Positions 1 to 9,347 of a stretch of DNA of 57,077 nucleotides are shown in pieces. Below the pieces are notes generated by a model, which ran no database searches, was not told the origin of the DNA, and saw only the letters and a list, made by a program, of their open reading frames with translations. The DNA is from an uncultured Candidatus Saccharibacteria bacterium. GTDB lineage: Bacteria > Patescibacteriota > Minisyncoccia > UBA6257 > 2-01-FULL-56-20. Where the stretch lies: contig CAYHXC010000009.1 of assembly GCA_964360585.1 (NCBI GenBank), positions 1 through 57,077 on the forward strand, in the 5' to 3' direction. Position 1 is the first letter of the stretch. Every line of letters starts with the position of its first letter. The position numbers were made by a program, and so were the translations under genes.

Positions 1-1129
1 GCCCGCCTTCCATATTCCGTAAGACAGTTTCAAGGTCGCCCAGATGCGGCGGTTCGGCGTCTTTGAAGTCGCGGCCCGGGACAATTTCGCGCGAGGCATA
101 GGTTTCGGTAATCGCCCGGTCAATAATGGCGTCCTCTTCTGAAGTCACTGTGCCGCCAAGCATTAGCTTTACCAAGCCAGCCATGGTCACAATGTGTGAG
201 CGGAGGACATCCTCGGGAGATTCGCCTGTCGGAATAACCGGGATATCAAAAGGATTAATGTGTTCGTGCGAAGAAAGTGAAATATTAAAGAAACTGCCGC
301 CAAACGCTTCGGCCAGTTTTTTATACTCGTTTTCCGGATCGATGACGATGATATCAATGCCCATCATCAGCTGGCGAATTAGTTCGAGCTTTGTCGAATA
401 TGATTTACCGCCACCGGACTTGGCGAAGACCACCTGGTTGGCATTCTCTAAAGAAAAACGATCGAAGATAACCAGATTGTTGTTGTGGCGGTTGATGCCA
501 TACATAATCCCCTGGTCGGAAGTAAGATCCTCAGAGACAAACGGAAAGAATGAAGAGATCGGCGCGGAGTTTAAGGGAGTCGTGATATTAATCTGGTCAT
601 CCACAAATGGCAGGATGGAGAAAAATCCTTCGAGCTGTTGGAAGATGGCATGCTTCATATATATAAGCTTGGCCTCCATCATGGCCAGGATCTGACTCTC
701 GAGCTGGGAGAGTTCGTCCAAGGAGTCGGCATAGATGGTGAGATAGACGCCAACTTGGAAAAACTTTTCAAGCGACTGTTGGAGCGAGTCGCGGAGAGAG
801 TCCACGTCTTTCAAGGCAGTCTCAAGCATTGGGTCGCGAACCAACCCCTTCTCTTCGCGGTCACCGAGTTCGGCCTCGAGCTGGGTGGCTTTTCTTCGTA
901 ATTTTTTAATGGCCACGCCGGTATCGACCGGAGTAACAAAGATAGAAATATCAAAAATATTCGGCAGATTGATCAATTCTTCGAACCAACCAGTCGCCAA
1001 ATAGCGAGGATAGGAGTGGATGAAAAGAGTTTTCAAGTACTTATCCCCAAGCTTCAGATGATTCTGACTGATCTCCGCTCCCGAAGGACTGATAATCTTT
1101 TTTATATTTTCAAAGTTATAGTCAGCCAT
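1..1129 (-). CDS. VirB4/TrbE-like type IV secretion ATPase, C-terminal part. The 3' end runs off the window.
   Basis: Absent from the ORF track because it leaves the left edge. My minus-strand translation from the ATG at 1129 reads MADYNFENIKKIISPSGAEISQNHLKLGDKYLKTLFIHSYPRYLATGWF...NQVVFAKSGGGKSYSTKLELIRQLMMGIDIIVIDPENEY. It has a Walker A GGGKS (about 394-434) and the YPR..GW segment typical of Gram-positive-type VirB4 ATPases. Confidence 0.85.
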   Translation of the reverse strand, partial: MADYNFENIKKIISPSGAEISQNHLKLGDKYLKTLFIHSYPRYLATGWFEELINLPNIFDISIFVTPVDTGVAIKKLRRKATQLEAELGDREEKGLVRDPMLETALKDVDSLRDSLQQSLEKFFQVGVYLTIYADSLDELSQLESQILAMMEAKLIYMKHAIFQQLEGFFSILPFVDDQINITTPLNSAPISSFFPFVSEDLTSDQGIMYGINRHNNNLVIFDRFSLENANQVVFAKSGGGKSYSTKLELIRQLMMGIDIIVIDPENEYKKLAEAFGGSFFNISLSSHEHINPFDIPVIPTGESPEDVLRSHIVTMAGLVKLMLGGTVTSEEDAIIDRAITETYASREIVPGRDFKDAEPPHLGDLETVLRNMEGG

Positions 1130-1131
1130 GA

Positions 1132-1893
1132 TTATGCGGTTGCTTCTTTAGGCAGAGAGAGACCTTTTTTCTCAACAGTTTCGGGATTGTAAAAGTTAAA
1201 GAGAAGTTCGATCAGCTGTTCATCGTTTAAAAGTTTGGCTTCAAGGCCAATGGCTTCAATGCCCTGGCTTACGTGCACGACGCGCTGTTTCATCTGGAGC
1301 AAACTGCGCTCAAACTCGGCCTCTTCTTTTTCCGTCAGGGCTGTCAGCGGTTGCGTGTCCGTCGCGGGAGTTTCAGTTTTTTCTTCCACTGGTTTTTCCT
1401 CTTCTTTCTTTTTAAAAAACGGCAGGAAACTTAAGGGCGAGCTTGAGGTATTTTTCTTTTTCGGATCAGACGGCGTTGCTTTTTTCCCAATTTTCACGCC
1501 GGTGCCATAGTACGGCACGGCCACAAAGAATGACTTGGTCATGATCGGATTTTCTTTAACGAACGACTGCACAAACTGACGATATTCGGAAATTTGGCTC
1601 TGGAGGAGTGGAGAAGTTTCTTCGTTTTGTCGTTTTTCGAGAGAGGCAAGATAGTGTTCCACATTCACCTTTCGGGAGTGGACAATAACCTGGATAGGGA
1701 AACCCAAGCTGTTTAAAAAGCGTTGGTAGGCACCGGTTAAGGCATTCTGCTCCGCCTCCGGCTTTAGGGAAAAATTGATACCGCCCACCATCAGGACTTG
1801 TACTAACCCGCCATTCTTTAAAATGATGGTGTTGTGGTGGATCTCCTCGATGGCGAGGAGACTTAAACTATTAGCTGGAGTATCGAGCGGCAT
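1132..1893 (-). CDS. VirB4-like N-terminal domain protein, encoded as a separate ORF
   Basis: 253-aa ORF. The segment LVQVLMVGGINFSLKPEAEQNALTGAYQRFLNSLGFPIQVIVHS resembles the N-terminal part of single-chain VirB4/CD1110-type ATPases. Its TAA stop (1132-1134) lies 2 nt from the next ATG (1129). Confidence 0.6.
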   Translation of the reverse strand: MPLDTPANSLSLLAIEEIHHNTIILKNGGLVQVLMVGGINFSLKPEAEQNALTGAYQRFLNSLGFPIQVIVHSRKVNVEHYLASLEKRQNEETSPLLQSQISEYRQFVQSFVKENPIMTKSFFVAVPYYGTGVKIGKKATPSDPKKKNTSSSPLSFLPFFKKKEEEKPVEEKTETPATDTQPLTALTEKEEAEFERSLLQMKQRVVHVSQGIEAIGLEAKLLNDEQLIELLFNFYNPETVEKKGLSLPKEATA

Positions 1894-1960
1894 ATCTACA
1901 TTATAATGACTAATTTCTCATTAATCTAATTTCTCAATCAAAAACCACCAATCTACGATT

Positions 1961-2074
1961 GTCGTTGCGAGGAGCGTAGCGACTCGCCTCGCTAAAGCTC
2001 CGGCAAAGCGGGCGTGGCAATCTCTACTTTGACCTACTTTAGATTGCCACGCTCCTTCTGGAGCTCGCAATGAC
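1961..2074. repeat. Palindromic intergenic repeat, GTC(A/G)TTGCGAG...CTCGCAATGAC family, copy 1
   Basis: Starts gtcgttgcgagg and ends gctcgcaatgac. The internal pair cgtggcaatct / agattgccacg is shared with the copies at 27241-27500 and 52947-53140. Confidence 0.75.
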
Positions 2075-2103
2075 ATTAATCAAAAATATCGTGGTGGTGC
2101 CGT

Positions 2104-2619
2104 CTAGCGGTAGTCGATCCGACGGGCGGCCTGGCGTTCGCCAGTTAGCTTGCGGAAGATCTTGTACTGTTCTTTCTTGATTGTTTCCTTTGGTTTTGAG
2201 GGGTGCGCGGATTCTTTTTTCTCTCCCGTCTGGAGATCGCGCCAGGTTTGTTTCAGAAAAAAGCCTAAAATGACATTTTCGAGCGGCGATCCCTGGGGAG
2301 CCAACATCTTCAACTCCTCATTTTTGGTGTTGGTGCGGGAACTTTTTTGTTGCCAGACATAATGCTGGGGATTCCATAAGTAACGAACATAGGCGCCACC
2401 AATACGAAGCATATCCTGCCCCTGGATTTTTACGAAGCCAATGATAAGGGCAATGGCGATGAGAACGATAGAAAAGAGAACCCAGGCAACCAGATTAACA
2501 GTAAAGTAAAGAATGCCGCTAAAAACTCCGGCCAAACATACATAACCAAACTGGCGGAGACTTAACGGGCCAATGATTCTATCTTCGGATTCAATAAATT
2601 GTGGGACTTGGAATTGCAT
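2104..2619 (-). CDS. PrgI/VirB3-like small membrane protein
   Basis: 171 aa. The N-terminus VPQFIESEDRIIGPLSLRQFGYV is followed by two hydrophobic helices, the PrgI-family pattern. It sits between the VirB6-like and VirB4-like genes. Confidence 0.6.
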   Translation of the reverse strand: MQFQVPQFIESEDRIIGPLSLRQFGYVCLAGVFSGILYFTVNLVAWVLFSIVLIAIALIIGFVKIQGQDMLRIGGAYVRYLWNPQHYVWQQKSSRTNTKNEELKMLAPQGSPLENVILGFFLKQTWRDLQTGEKKESAHPSKPKETIKKEQYKIFRKLTGERQAARRIDYR

Positions 2620-2704
2620 AATGAAATAACTAAAAACTTAAAACTAATGACTGATGACTGGTCATTGAATATTGGAATTGAATTAGGTTATTAGTCATTG
2701 GTTA

Positions 2705-4870
2705 CTAGTTTTTTTGTTCTTTAGAGTACTCGCTATAGTGAACCACTTTAGGAACGGAGGGAGATTTTGGCGGTATCGGGTTTGGGAGAGAGGCGGAAGC
2801 AGGGATCGACGTCGGTGTGGGATTAACGGATGAGGAACTATTGAAGTTCGAAAGAGGCGAAACTTTTTGAGCTGACGGGAGTGGCGGTTTTGTTTCCGGA
2901 GTAAAGGTTGGTGGCGTGACTGCTCGCGGGGCGGCCGGTGCTGGAGGCGGAACCGGAGTTGGCGCCGATACTACTGGTGAAACATTCGGAGTTGCCGGTT
3001 TTTGAAGTGACTTTGTAATTTCTGCTAAGTTCACGATTACTGGGTGAGACGCGGGTGGGGTGAAAACATTCTTTGTTTCTTCTGGTTTCTTTCTGAACAA
3101 TCTTCCGAAAAATCCTGTTTTTTCTTTTGGTTGTGCCGGAGTGATTGGTGCCGGAGTGAGTGGGGAGGAAGTTTGGGAAGTGGTAGAGATTTTTTTCACT
3201 TCGACTCCTCCAAGTGATGGGGTTGGCAGATTTATCTTCACTGTATTTCCGGTCGTTGTGACGCCAGCTTTAGGAGCGATGTCGCTCAAGACGCTCGGTG
3301 TTGGTCCCGCGGGCGGAGTGTTCGCATCAAGTCGCGGCAAAGGCGAAATACTGGGGACGGGTTTATTTGCCGGACGAATTTCGGACATGGATACTGGTGC
3401 TGTGGAAATGCCAGCGCGGGTTGGAAGCGGAAAATCCTTGGGTGGTGGCGGGGGCGGAGGTGGCATCGCACCCTTCGGGCCGATTGGTGTAAGAGGAGTT
3501 AGCGGAGAAACCACCTTGCTAATCGTGGTTTTTATTTTTCCCAAAAATCCAACTGATGAAGCCGACGCTGGCGCAGTCCCTCTCACCTCTTTTCCAATCG
3601 TTAACTTGGCTCCCAGAGAAGGCATCGGTGCGGTGGGCGCTTTGATACCGTCAACTTTTGGCGCCGATTCTTTCATGGCCGGATCATTCGGCGTGGTAAA
3701 CTGGGCGGCTTTTAAGGGTTCCGGACGATTTCTAGCACCAGGAAGTTTATTCATCTCCGTCCGAAAACCAAGCTTGGGAGCGGTCGAGAGTCCCTCCGCT
3801 TTTGTTTCCTGGTGGATAATGACCGGACCAACCGCCGCTTCTTCGACTGGCGTTTCTTCCTCTGGCGCTGGGCGAGGTTTGAAAAATGATGTTCCCGGAC
3901 CGCCAGAAAAAGATTTAGGAATGGTCTTGTTGGGCGTCGAGGGGAGCGGAAAGACGGCAGTATTTCTGGTTACTTCGTACTCTGATTTCTGGGCGTTCTG
4001 TTTTGACGGTACTCCCGTCGCTGACATTTCCCCGCTTTTTCCTGCGGCTGCGCCTCCCGAAGAAGTGGTCGGCGTGTAGGTTACTTCTATTTCTTCGCGC
4101 GATGAGCCAAACAGCCGATCGCCGAGAGTTTTCCCGATGAGAGCAGCCTGATCATCGGGAAGATTTGTTTTGGTTTTTATCTCGGATGGCAGGTTGGAAA
4201 ACTTAGTAAAGCCGAGAAGAAAATTTCCAGCGACCACAGCCAAACTGTGCGTTTGATCTTCATTTAATTTATTTTCGTCACCAATGCTTTTTATGGTTTC
4301 TGCCAAGGTGGTGGAAAAAAGAAGGAAAGACAGATTTAGTGTCAGCGCCTCGGCTCGTTGTGCTCCTTGGGGCAGTAAAAATCCTTCACCTTTTCCCTCA
4401 AACGAAAACGAAAAGAGAGCGTTCAAAAGATAGGGGAAGAGGGCCGGATTTTTTTCCTTGAGCCACGCCTTTTTTTCAGCCGAGTCTTTCCCGGGAATAC
4501 TTGTTTGTGCAAGAACAATGAAACTACGAGTGCGATTTAATGGCAGTGACAGTAAAATTGTTTCCAAATTTTTCGGCGTAGCGGCCTGAAGGATGGCTCG
4601 GGTGAGCGCCGGAAGTACAACCGTGTTCCAGATCAAGATGTCCACTTCGCCGCGGAAACTATCAATACCAGCCAAAATTCCTTCCCAGTAGACGTAAGAC
4701 CATTCTTCCGGTGTAAGTTCTCCTTTCAGAAGTTCGGCGAAGCGGGACTCAACCATGGCATAATCCCCTTCCTGAATAGCGTCCCAAAGCGGACTGTCCC
4801 AAACGGGCGCCATGAGGAGTATTCCTCGGATATCTTCTGATGTTGGTTCTTGGATTAAAACGTTGTCCAT
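2705..4870 (-). CDS. 721-aa protein with a folded N-terminal ~260 aa and a very long Pro/Thr/Ser/Ala-rich tail
   Basis: Long ORF co-directional with the operon, 10 nt downstream of the previous stop. It contains a PPPPPPPP run and many PxP repeats. I recognise no domain. Confidence 0.7.
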   Translation of the reverse strand: MDNVLIQEPTSEDIRGILLMAPVWDSPLWDAIQEGDYAMVESRFAELLKGELTPEEWSYVYWEGILAGIDSFRGEVDILIWNTVVLPALTRAILQAATPKNLETILLSLPLNRTRSFIVLAQTSIPGKDSAEKKAWLKEKNPALFPYLLNALFSFSFEGKGEGFLLPQGAQRAEALTLNLSFLLFSTTLAETIKSIGDENKLNEDQTHSLAVVAGNFLLGFTKFSNLPSEIKTKTNLPDDQAALIGKTLGDRLFGSSREEIEVTYTPTTSSGGAAAGKSGEMSATGVPSKQNAQKSEYEVTRNTAVFPLPSTPNKTIPKSFSGGPGTSFFKPRPAPEEETPVEEAAVGPVIIHQETKAEGLSTAPKLGFRTEMNKLPGARNRPEPLKAAQFTTPNDPAMKESAPKVDGIKAPTAPMPSLGAKLTIGKEVRGTAPASASSVGFLGKIKTTISKVVSPLTPLTPIGPKGAMPPPPPPPPKDFPLPTRAGISTAPVSMSEIRPANKPVPSISPLPRLDANTPPAGPTPSVLSDIAPKAGVTTTGNTVKINLPTPSLGGVEVKKISTTSQTSSPLTPAPITPAQPKEKTGFFGRLFRKKPEETKNVFTPPASHPVIVNLAEITKSLQKPATPNVSPVVSAPTPVPPPAPAAPRAVTPPTFTPETKPPLPSAQKVSPLSNFNSSSSVNPTPTSIPASASLPNPIPPKSPSVPKVVHYSEYSKEQKN

Positions 4871-4880
4871 AGTTTAAGTG

Positions 4881-6692
4881 TTAATGACCGCCTCCACTTG
4901 GCGATGGAGCAGAGGGCGCTGGTCCGCTCGGTGGAGCTGAAATAGGTGCGCTTCCCCTCGGGGTAGTTCCCGCCGGAGGTGTAGGATGTTCGTCTCCTTC
5001 GTTAATCAGTTTTTTAATCTCATCAAACTTGTCTTTGTGTTTCTTTTCATGCTCACCGTAAAGCCTGAACTTTTTCCCATAGCTGGTTGCTTGTCGGGAT
5101 TTATCGTTGGCGGCGTGTCTATGCTCATTCATATCCCAGACAACATCTTTTGGTAGGAGTGTGAGTGCAGCCACAGCTTCTTCCCTTGCTTTTTCAGCCT
5201 CCTTCCATTCTTTACTACCTTCTGTATGGTTTTTCTTTTTATCCTCGGCCGCCTTAACCGCCTTTTGAATATTCATAAGAATGGCAAATTTTCCACCCGT
5301 AAATGCAGAGGCGGTACTATACTGCCGCGCCTGCTCTATGAGCGCCATATCTTTGTAAGATTTGTTCGTTTCATCAAGAACAGCGTCTCCTTGTTTTGTT
5401 ACTGCTGAAAGACCTCTTCCAGCATAACGCAAGGGAACAGTCACCGGCGCTGCAATGGTGCGAAGAAGGCGATTATTAGTTTGCGTTCCCAATGTTTGCA
5501 ATCCTTGAGTAAGAGATCTCCCTGCGCGGGTTCTTAGAGGGGAAGTAGCCACATTTTTCCCTGCTAATGTCGCCCATTTCTTTGTTCCCTTTCCAATTGA
5601 CTTCCCGGCATTAACTAATGAGGTACTCCCCTTTGCGCCCAGTGAATTCGCGGCTATGATGGCGGCCCAGACAAGCGCCAACGAAACGAGCATTTTTACT
5701 GCTACATCTATGAGGGTTGGACCGCCGGCATTACCAGCATTTTGATTTACAACTGCCCCAGCCCCCGTCGATGTTTTGCTGATCCAATCATCAAACTGAT
5801 CATTACTTCCCGTTGCAATTACAATGGCAATATAAATGAAGCCAATTAATATGGTCGGCGAGAGTGTCCATTTTATAAAAGTTTGCCACCAGCTGTGCCA
5901 GTGTTTTTCCATGCCCGGAATGAGCCAGGCCAGCCAGGCGAGCGGCATAAGGATCATGAGAACCAGGAGATAAAAATAACGAATAATTAAGGTGAAGGCG
6001 ACGGCGAAAAGTGTAAAGGCAATGATCAATAAAAACGTCTGAATAAAAATAATTGTCGGAAGAATGGCCACAGCGCCTTTCCAGGCGGTCAGCTTGTTCA
6101 ATTGGAAGGAATCAACAAGATGATCGGCCAAACCAGAAAACTCAGTTACGGTACTACCTAATGTGCCACTTGAAGTTCCCATCTGTCGCGCAAAGTAATA
6201 CGCAAACTGATCAAAGAAGCCGATGATAACGGAACAGATAACCAGACTGAAATTCACAAGAAGCGCCGCGGCCACCAGTTTCCACAAATTCTTTTTCATC
6301 CCGTACGACTCATACCCAATAATGGTGGCGATGGCGATCACAATAATGGCAAACACAAATCCCAAGTTCGCAATGGCGAGCGTCGCGACGAAACCGTCCT
6401 CGACCATCTTGGAGTAGGCCAGGTTCGAGTTTATCTGAAGACCAAAGGTAATTGTCCAAGCGGCCAATGATACTAATAATCCTGTGAACCAGGAAAAAGG
6501 AATCAAAATACAAGTTAGCCAAGTGGCAGGATTCGCACTGCACCTCCCATCTGTTGTTGATTGGGGATTATAAACCGCACCGTAGTTTACTGTTGATTGG
6601 GCATGTACTGCTATTCCGGAAACCTGAGGCAGGAAAAGCAGGGCGATCAGCGCCACGAGGAGTACTTTTTTCCATGTAGCTGTTTTATTCAT
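4881..6692 (-). CDS. Polytopic membrane protein, VirB6/TrbL-like by topology and context
   Basis: 603 aa. It has a signal-like N-terminus (LLVALIALLFLPQVSG), about 7 hydrophobic helices, a hydrophilic K/E-rich C-terminal domain, and a Pro-rich end. Its ATG overlaps the upstream stop (ATGA at 6692). Confidence 0.55.
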   Translation of the reverse strand: MNKTATWKKVLLVALIALLFLPQVSGIAVHAQSTVNYGAVYNPQSTTDGRCSANPATWLTCILIPFSWFTGLLVSLAAWTITFGLQINSNLAYSKMVEDGFVATLAIANLGFVFAIIVIAIATIIGYESYGMKKNLWKLVAAALLVNFSLVICSVIIGFFDQFAYYFARQMGTSSGTLGSTVTEFSGLADHLVDSFQLNKLTAWKGAVAILPTIIFIQTFLLIIAFTLFAVAFTLIIRYFYLLVLMILMPLAWLAWLIPGMEKHWHSWWQTFIKWTLSPTILIGFIYIAIVIATGSNDQFDDWISKTSTGAGAVVNQNAGNAGGPTLIDVAVKMLVSLALVWAAIIAANSLGAKGSTSLVNAGKSIGKGTKKWATLAGKNVATSPLRTRAGRSLTQGLQTLGTQTNNRLLRTIAAPVTVPLRYAGRGLSAVTKQGDAVLDETNKSYKDMALIEQARQYSTASAFTGGKFAILMNIQKAVKAAEDKKKNHTEGSKEWKEAEKAREEAVAALTLLPKDVVWDMNEHRHAANDKSRQATSYGKKFRLYGEHEKKHKDKFDEIKKLINEGDEHPTPPAGTTPRGSAPISAPPSGPAPSAPSPSGGGH

Positions 6693-9154
6693 CAGGGACT
6701 GATTAAGAGGGCTGGAGTAATCGGTTGGATTGGCGTGGTGCAGGCAGTTGGCAGATTGGCCTTCGTCTGATCATTAATCAATCGCACTTCAATACGGCGG
6801 CTCTGGGCCAGGGCCACTAACTGGGTAGCGGAAGCCACCGTGCCGTAGGTTTTGGTAAATTTGTCGAGTTCGGTACGAATTTGAGCCGGATCGGTTAGTT
6901 GGGAAAGGATCGAAAGATCATTTGACATCGAGTCCAGATCCACCGTGATCGAGACACTATTAATCAGTCCCGACAAGGTGAGGAGATCGGCTTTGGCGGC
7001 CTGGGCTTCGCCCACCCGCACGTTACTGCAGGTTCGAATAACCTCATCGAGTAAGGCGCGACTAGCCCCATTCAAAGGATCAAGAAATCTGATCGCGAGA
7101 TCCTGGATCAGTTTCAAGGTGGCGGTATTCACCGTCGTCAGTGTATTTTTTAGATCGAATACATTTTGCGCTTGGGCCTTTAAATTACTTACGGCTTGGC
7201 TGGCATCAACACTGGCGCTCGTTGAAGCAATTTGCCCAATAAGATCGTTTTGTACTGCATCCGCCGATCCGGCGCTCGAAACACAACTGTCATAGCCAGC
7301 TGTTCCTGTGGCATAGGATGAGCAGAGACTTGTAACATCAGACGTTTGGGTTACTGACGTTACGGCAAAAGAAGCTCCGTTACCAAGACTGGTCATGCCG
7401 CTTGGGCCGGCTTCTCGAGTTTTGGCCAGGGCGCCATTTACCAGCGTAAAGGCCAGAGAGATAAGATCGTTAGCATTCACAATCCGATCGGTCGGCACGG
7501 TGAAGGCCTTTTCCAAAGTTGCCCCTAATGCCACGCCCGGAGTTGTAATCTGGGGCTCACTGCCATCAGGGCACGTGCCATCGGGAAGCGGCGCGGTCGG
7601 AGCGGGACTTTGTTCACTCGAACCATCGGCGGCGCTTTCCGTTTGCTCTTCAGGAGGACAACTCTTAACAGGAGTGAAGCTGTCACTAGCTACCGCTTCA
7701 TTTATAGCCGCGCGAATTTGCGCGTCCTGACTGGCATCTATTCGCGTGGCGTAGTTACTATAGTTTTGGAAGTAGTTTCCTTCTGGACCAACTGCCTGAC
7801 CATACGTTTGCCAGCCGCCATCATAAAAACTGCCGCGACGGAAATTCTCGAGCTGTCTTCCTTTCGAGCTCAAAGCACAGTTCACAGGCATATAGTTTGT
7901 GGGCGAAAAAGAATTGTTTAATTGGAAAAACGTATCGGGTCCGAAGGTGCCACAAACGTCATCCGAAATACCAGAGAAGCCTTTCTGAATACCAAGTTGA
8001 GCTGCGTCACTGGCGTACGACCGCCAGTTAGTTACAAACTGAGGAGCGCCATCACCGTTAACCCAGGAGATAGAAAACTGGACGAAAAGTTGCACTAAAA
8101 CATTTTTGAGTTGTTCGGTCGCCAGCTTATTCAGCCATTCGAGCTGGGTCTGAATCCACGTTTGAACCCGATTGGCCTGAGCCAAGGCCTGATCAATTCC
8201 TTCCGCTACTTTAATTGCTGTTAGTAAGGCAACATTATCTGCTGCAATCCCAGCGTCTGCAGCGGTTTGCGCTATCGTCGCAGCAAGAGTTAGTGGATCC
8301 GTATCAGCATGAGCGACTTTTGGAGAAAAAAGAAAAACAATCAAATTTGTGTTTTGTCGCGGATCTTCCTGGTTGAGATAGCCTAGCTTGGCCGAGAGTC
8401 GAACCTTATCCAACTCGTCAGTCAACGCTGTCGTATATCCAGCAAGTCTTTTATCCTTATTCTGCATTGCCACCAGAGCTTTCATTGGATCCTTCTCATA
8501 ACCAGCGAGGCTGTCAAAAAACATCTGGTAGCCGCTCATAAAAGTGAGCAGTGTTCTCTGTACGAGGATATAATCAGAAGGCACGCTCATCTTCGCCGCC
8601 TCTCTCCGTTTATTTTCGAACAAGTTTCTCAGATTAATGATATTTTGAACATCTGGTTTGGCTGAAAGATTTTTTGGAGCAAAATTCTGAACGGTTGAGC
8701 GAAGAGTATCGCGGACTTTTTCCATGTAGGCCAGTTTGTCTTGGAGCGTGGCAGTAGTATTTATTTTTATATCGGATGTAGCAATCTCCGGTTCTTGAAA
8801 CGTTTGCGACTCAATTTTTTGAAGCGCTTTTTCAAACACCGCCTTGTCCGGGGATCCGTTTTTGACCGTTACTGCCGTAATGTACTCATGAGACATCACG
8901 CGAGCGAGATTCTCGGTCATATTTGTAGAGGTGGGGATGTATTCGGGAGCGGCAGATGCCGTCAAAGTTCGCCACGGCGGCGTGACCTGGATTATATCCG
9001 CGAAAGCATTCTCGCCAAAAGGAGAGGCGACAGTGTTCTGAGGCGCATTCTGCCCCTTAAGAACCCCTGTGCTCAAGAGGGAAAAACTCAAAACACCAGC
9101 AAGAATAGCTACACCCAAAAAGGCCGCGATCAGTTTTTTAACATCCGGTTGCAT
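6692..9154 (-). CDS. 820-aa membrane-anchored or secreted protein of unknown function; first gene of the T4SS-like operon within the window
   Basis: N-terminal TM segment (LIAAFLGVAILAGVLSFSLL), then a long Ala/Gln/Leu-rich extracellular part with paired cysteines. No recognisable domain. Confidence 0.75.
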   Translation of the reverse strand: MQPDVKKLIAAFLGVAILAGVLSFSLLSTGVLKGQNAPQNTVASPFGENAFADIIQVTPPWRTLTASAAPEYIPTSTNMTENLARVMSHEYITAVTVKNGSPDKAVFEKALQKIESQTFQEPEIATSDIKINTTATLQDKLAYMEKVRDTLRSTVQNFAPKNLSAKPDVQNIINLRNLFENKRREAAKMSVPSDYILVQRTLLTFMSGYQMFFDSLAGYEKDPMKALVAMQNKDKRLAGYTTALTDELDKVRLSAKLGYLNQEDPRQNTNLIVFLFSPKVAHADTDPLTLAATIAQTAADAGIAADNVALLTAIKVAEGIDQALAQANRVQTWIQTQLEWLNKLATEQLKNVLVQLFVQFSISWVNGDGAPQFVTNWRSYASDAAQLGIQKGFSGISDDVCGTFGPDTFFQLNNSFSPTNYMPVNCALSSKGRQLENFRRGSFYDGGWQTYGQAVGPEGNYFQNYSNYATRIDASQDAQIRAAINEAVASDSFTPVKSCPPEEQTESAADGSSEQSPAPTAPLPDGTCPDGSEPQITTPGVALGATLEKAFTVPTDRIVNANDLISLAFTLVNGALAKTREAGPSGMTSLGNGASFAVTSVTQTSDVTSLCSSYATGTAGYDSCVSSAGSADAVQNDLIGQIASTSASVDASQAVSNLKAQAQNVFDLKNTLTTVNTATLKLIQDLAIRFLDPLNGASRALLDEVIRTCSNVRVGEAQAAKADLLTLSGLINSVSITVDLDSMSNDLSILSQLTDPAQIRTELDKFTKTYGTVASATQLVALAQSRRIEVRLINDQTKANLPTACTTPIQPITPALLISP

Positions 9155-9347
9155 ACAAATGATTGGTGCTTGTCCCCGACACCTATCCCTGGTTTTAGAA
9201 TTAAGAGAACGTTACAGGTCTGACTAAGAAATAGGCAGAAATAATCTTCTCACAGCAGCTTAGGTGTGGGGATTCACCTTCTATATTATATTGCAAAAAC
9301 GCCTCTTGAGTGAGGGAGAGAGATATACACAGAGAGTCTATCCCTCA

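Noticed and set aside
126-901. Plus-strand ORFs 126-695 and 638-901
   Set aside because: They lie antisense to the VirB4 ATPase coding sequence, which has clear motifs on the minus strand. Their products are low-complexity with no SD, so they are shadow ORFs.
3060-4079. 339-aa plus-strand ORF with a GGGGGGGG run
   Set aside because: It is the antisense shadow of the proline-rich gene; the poly-Gly is the complement of the poly-Pro codons. The minus-strand ORF is longer and fits the operon.
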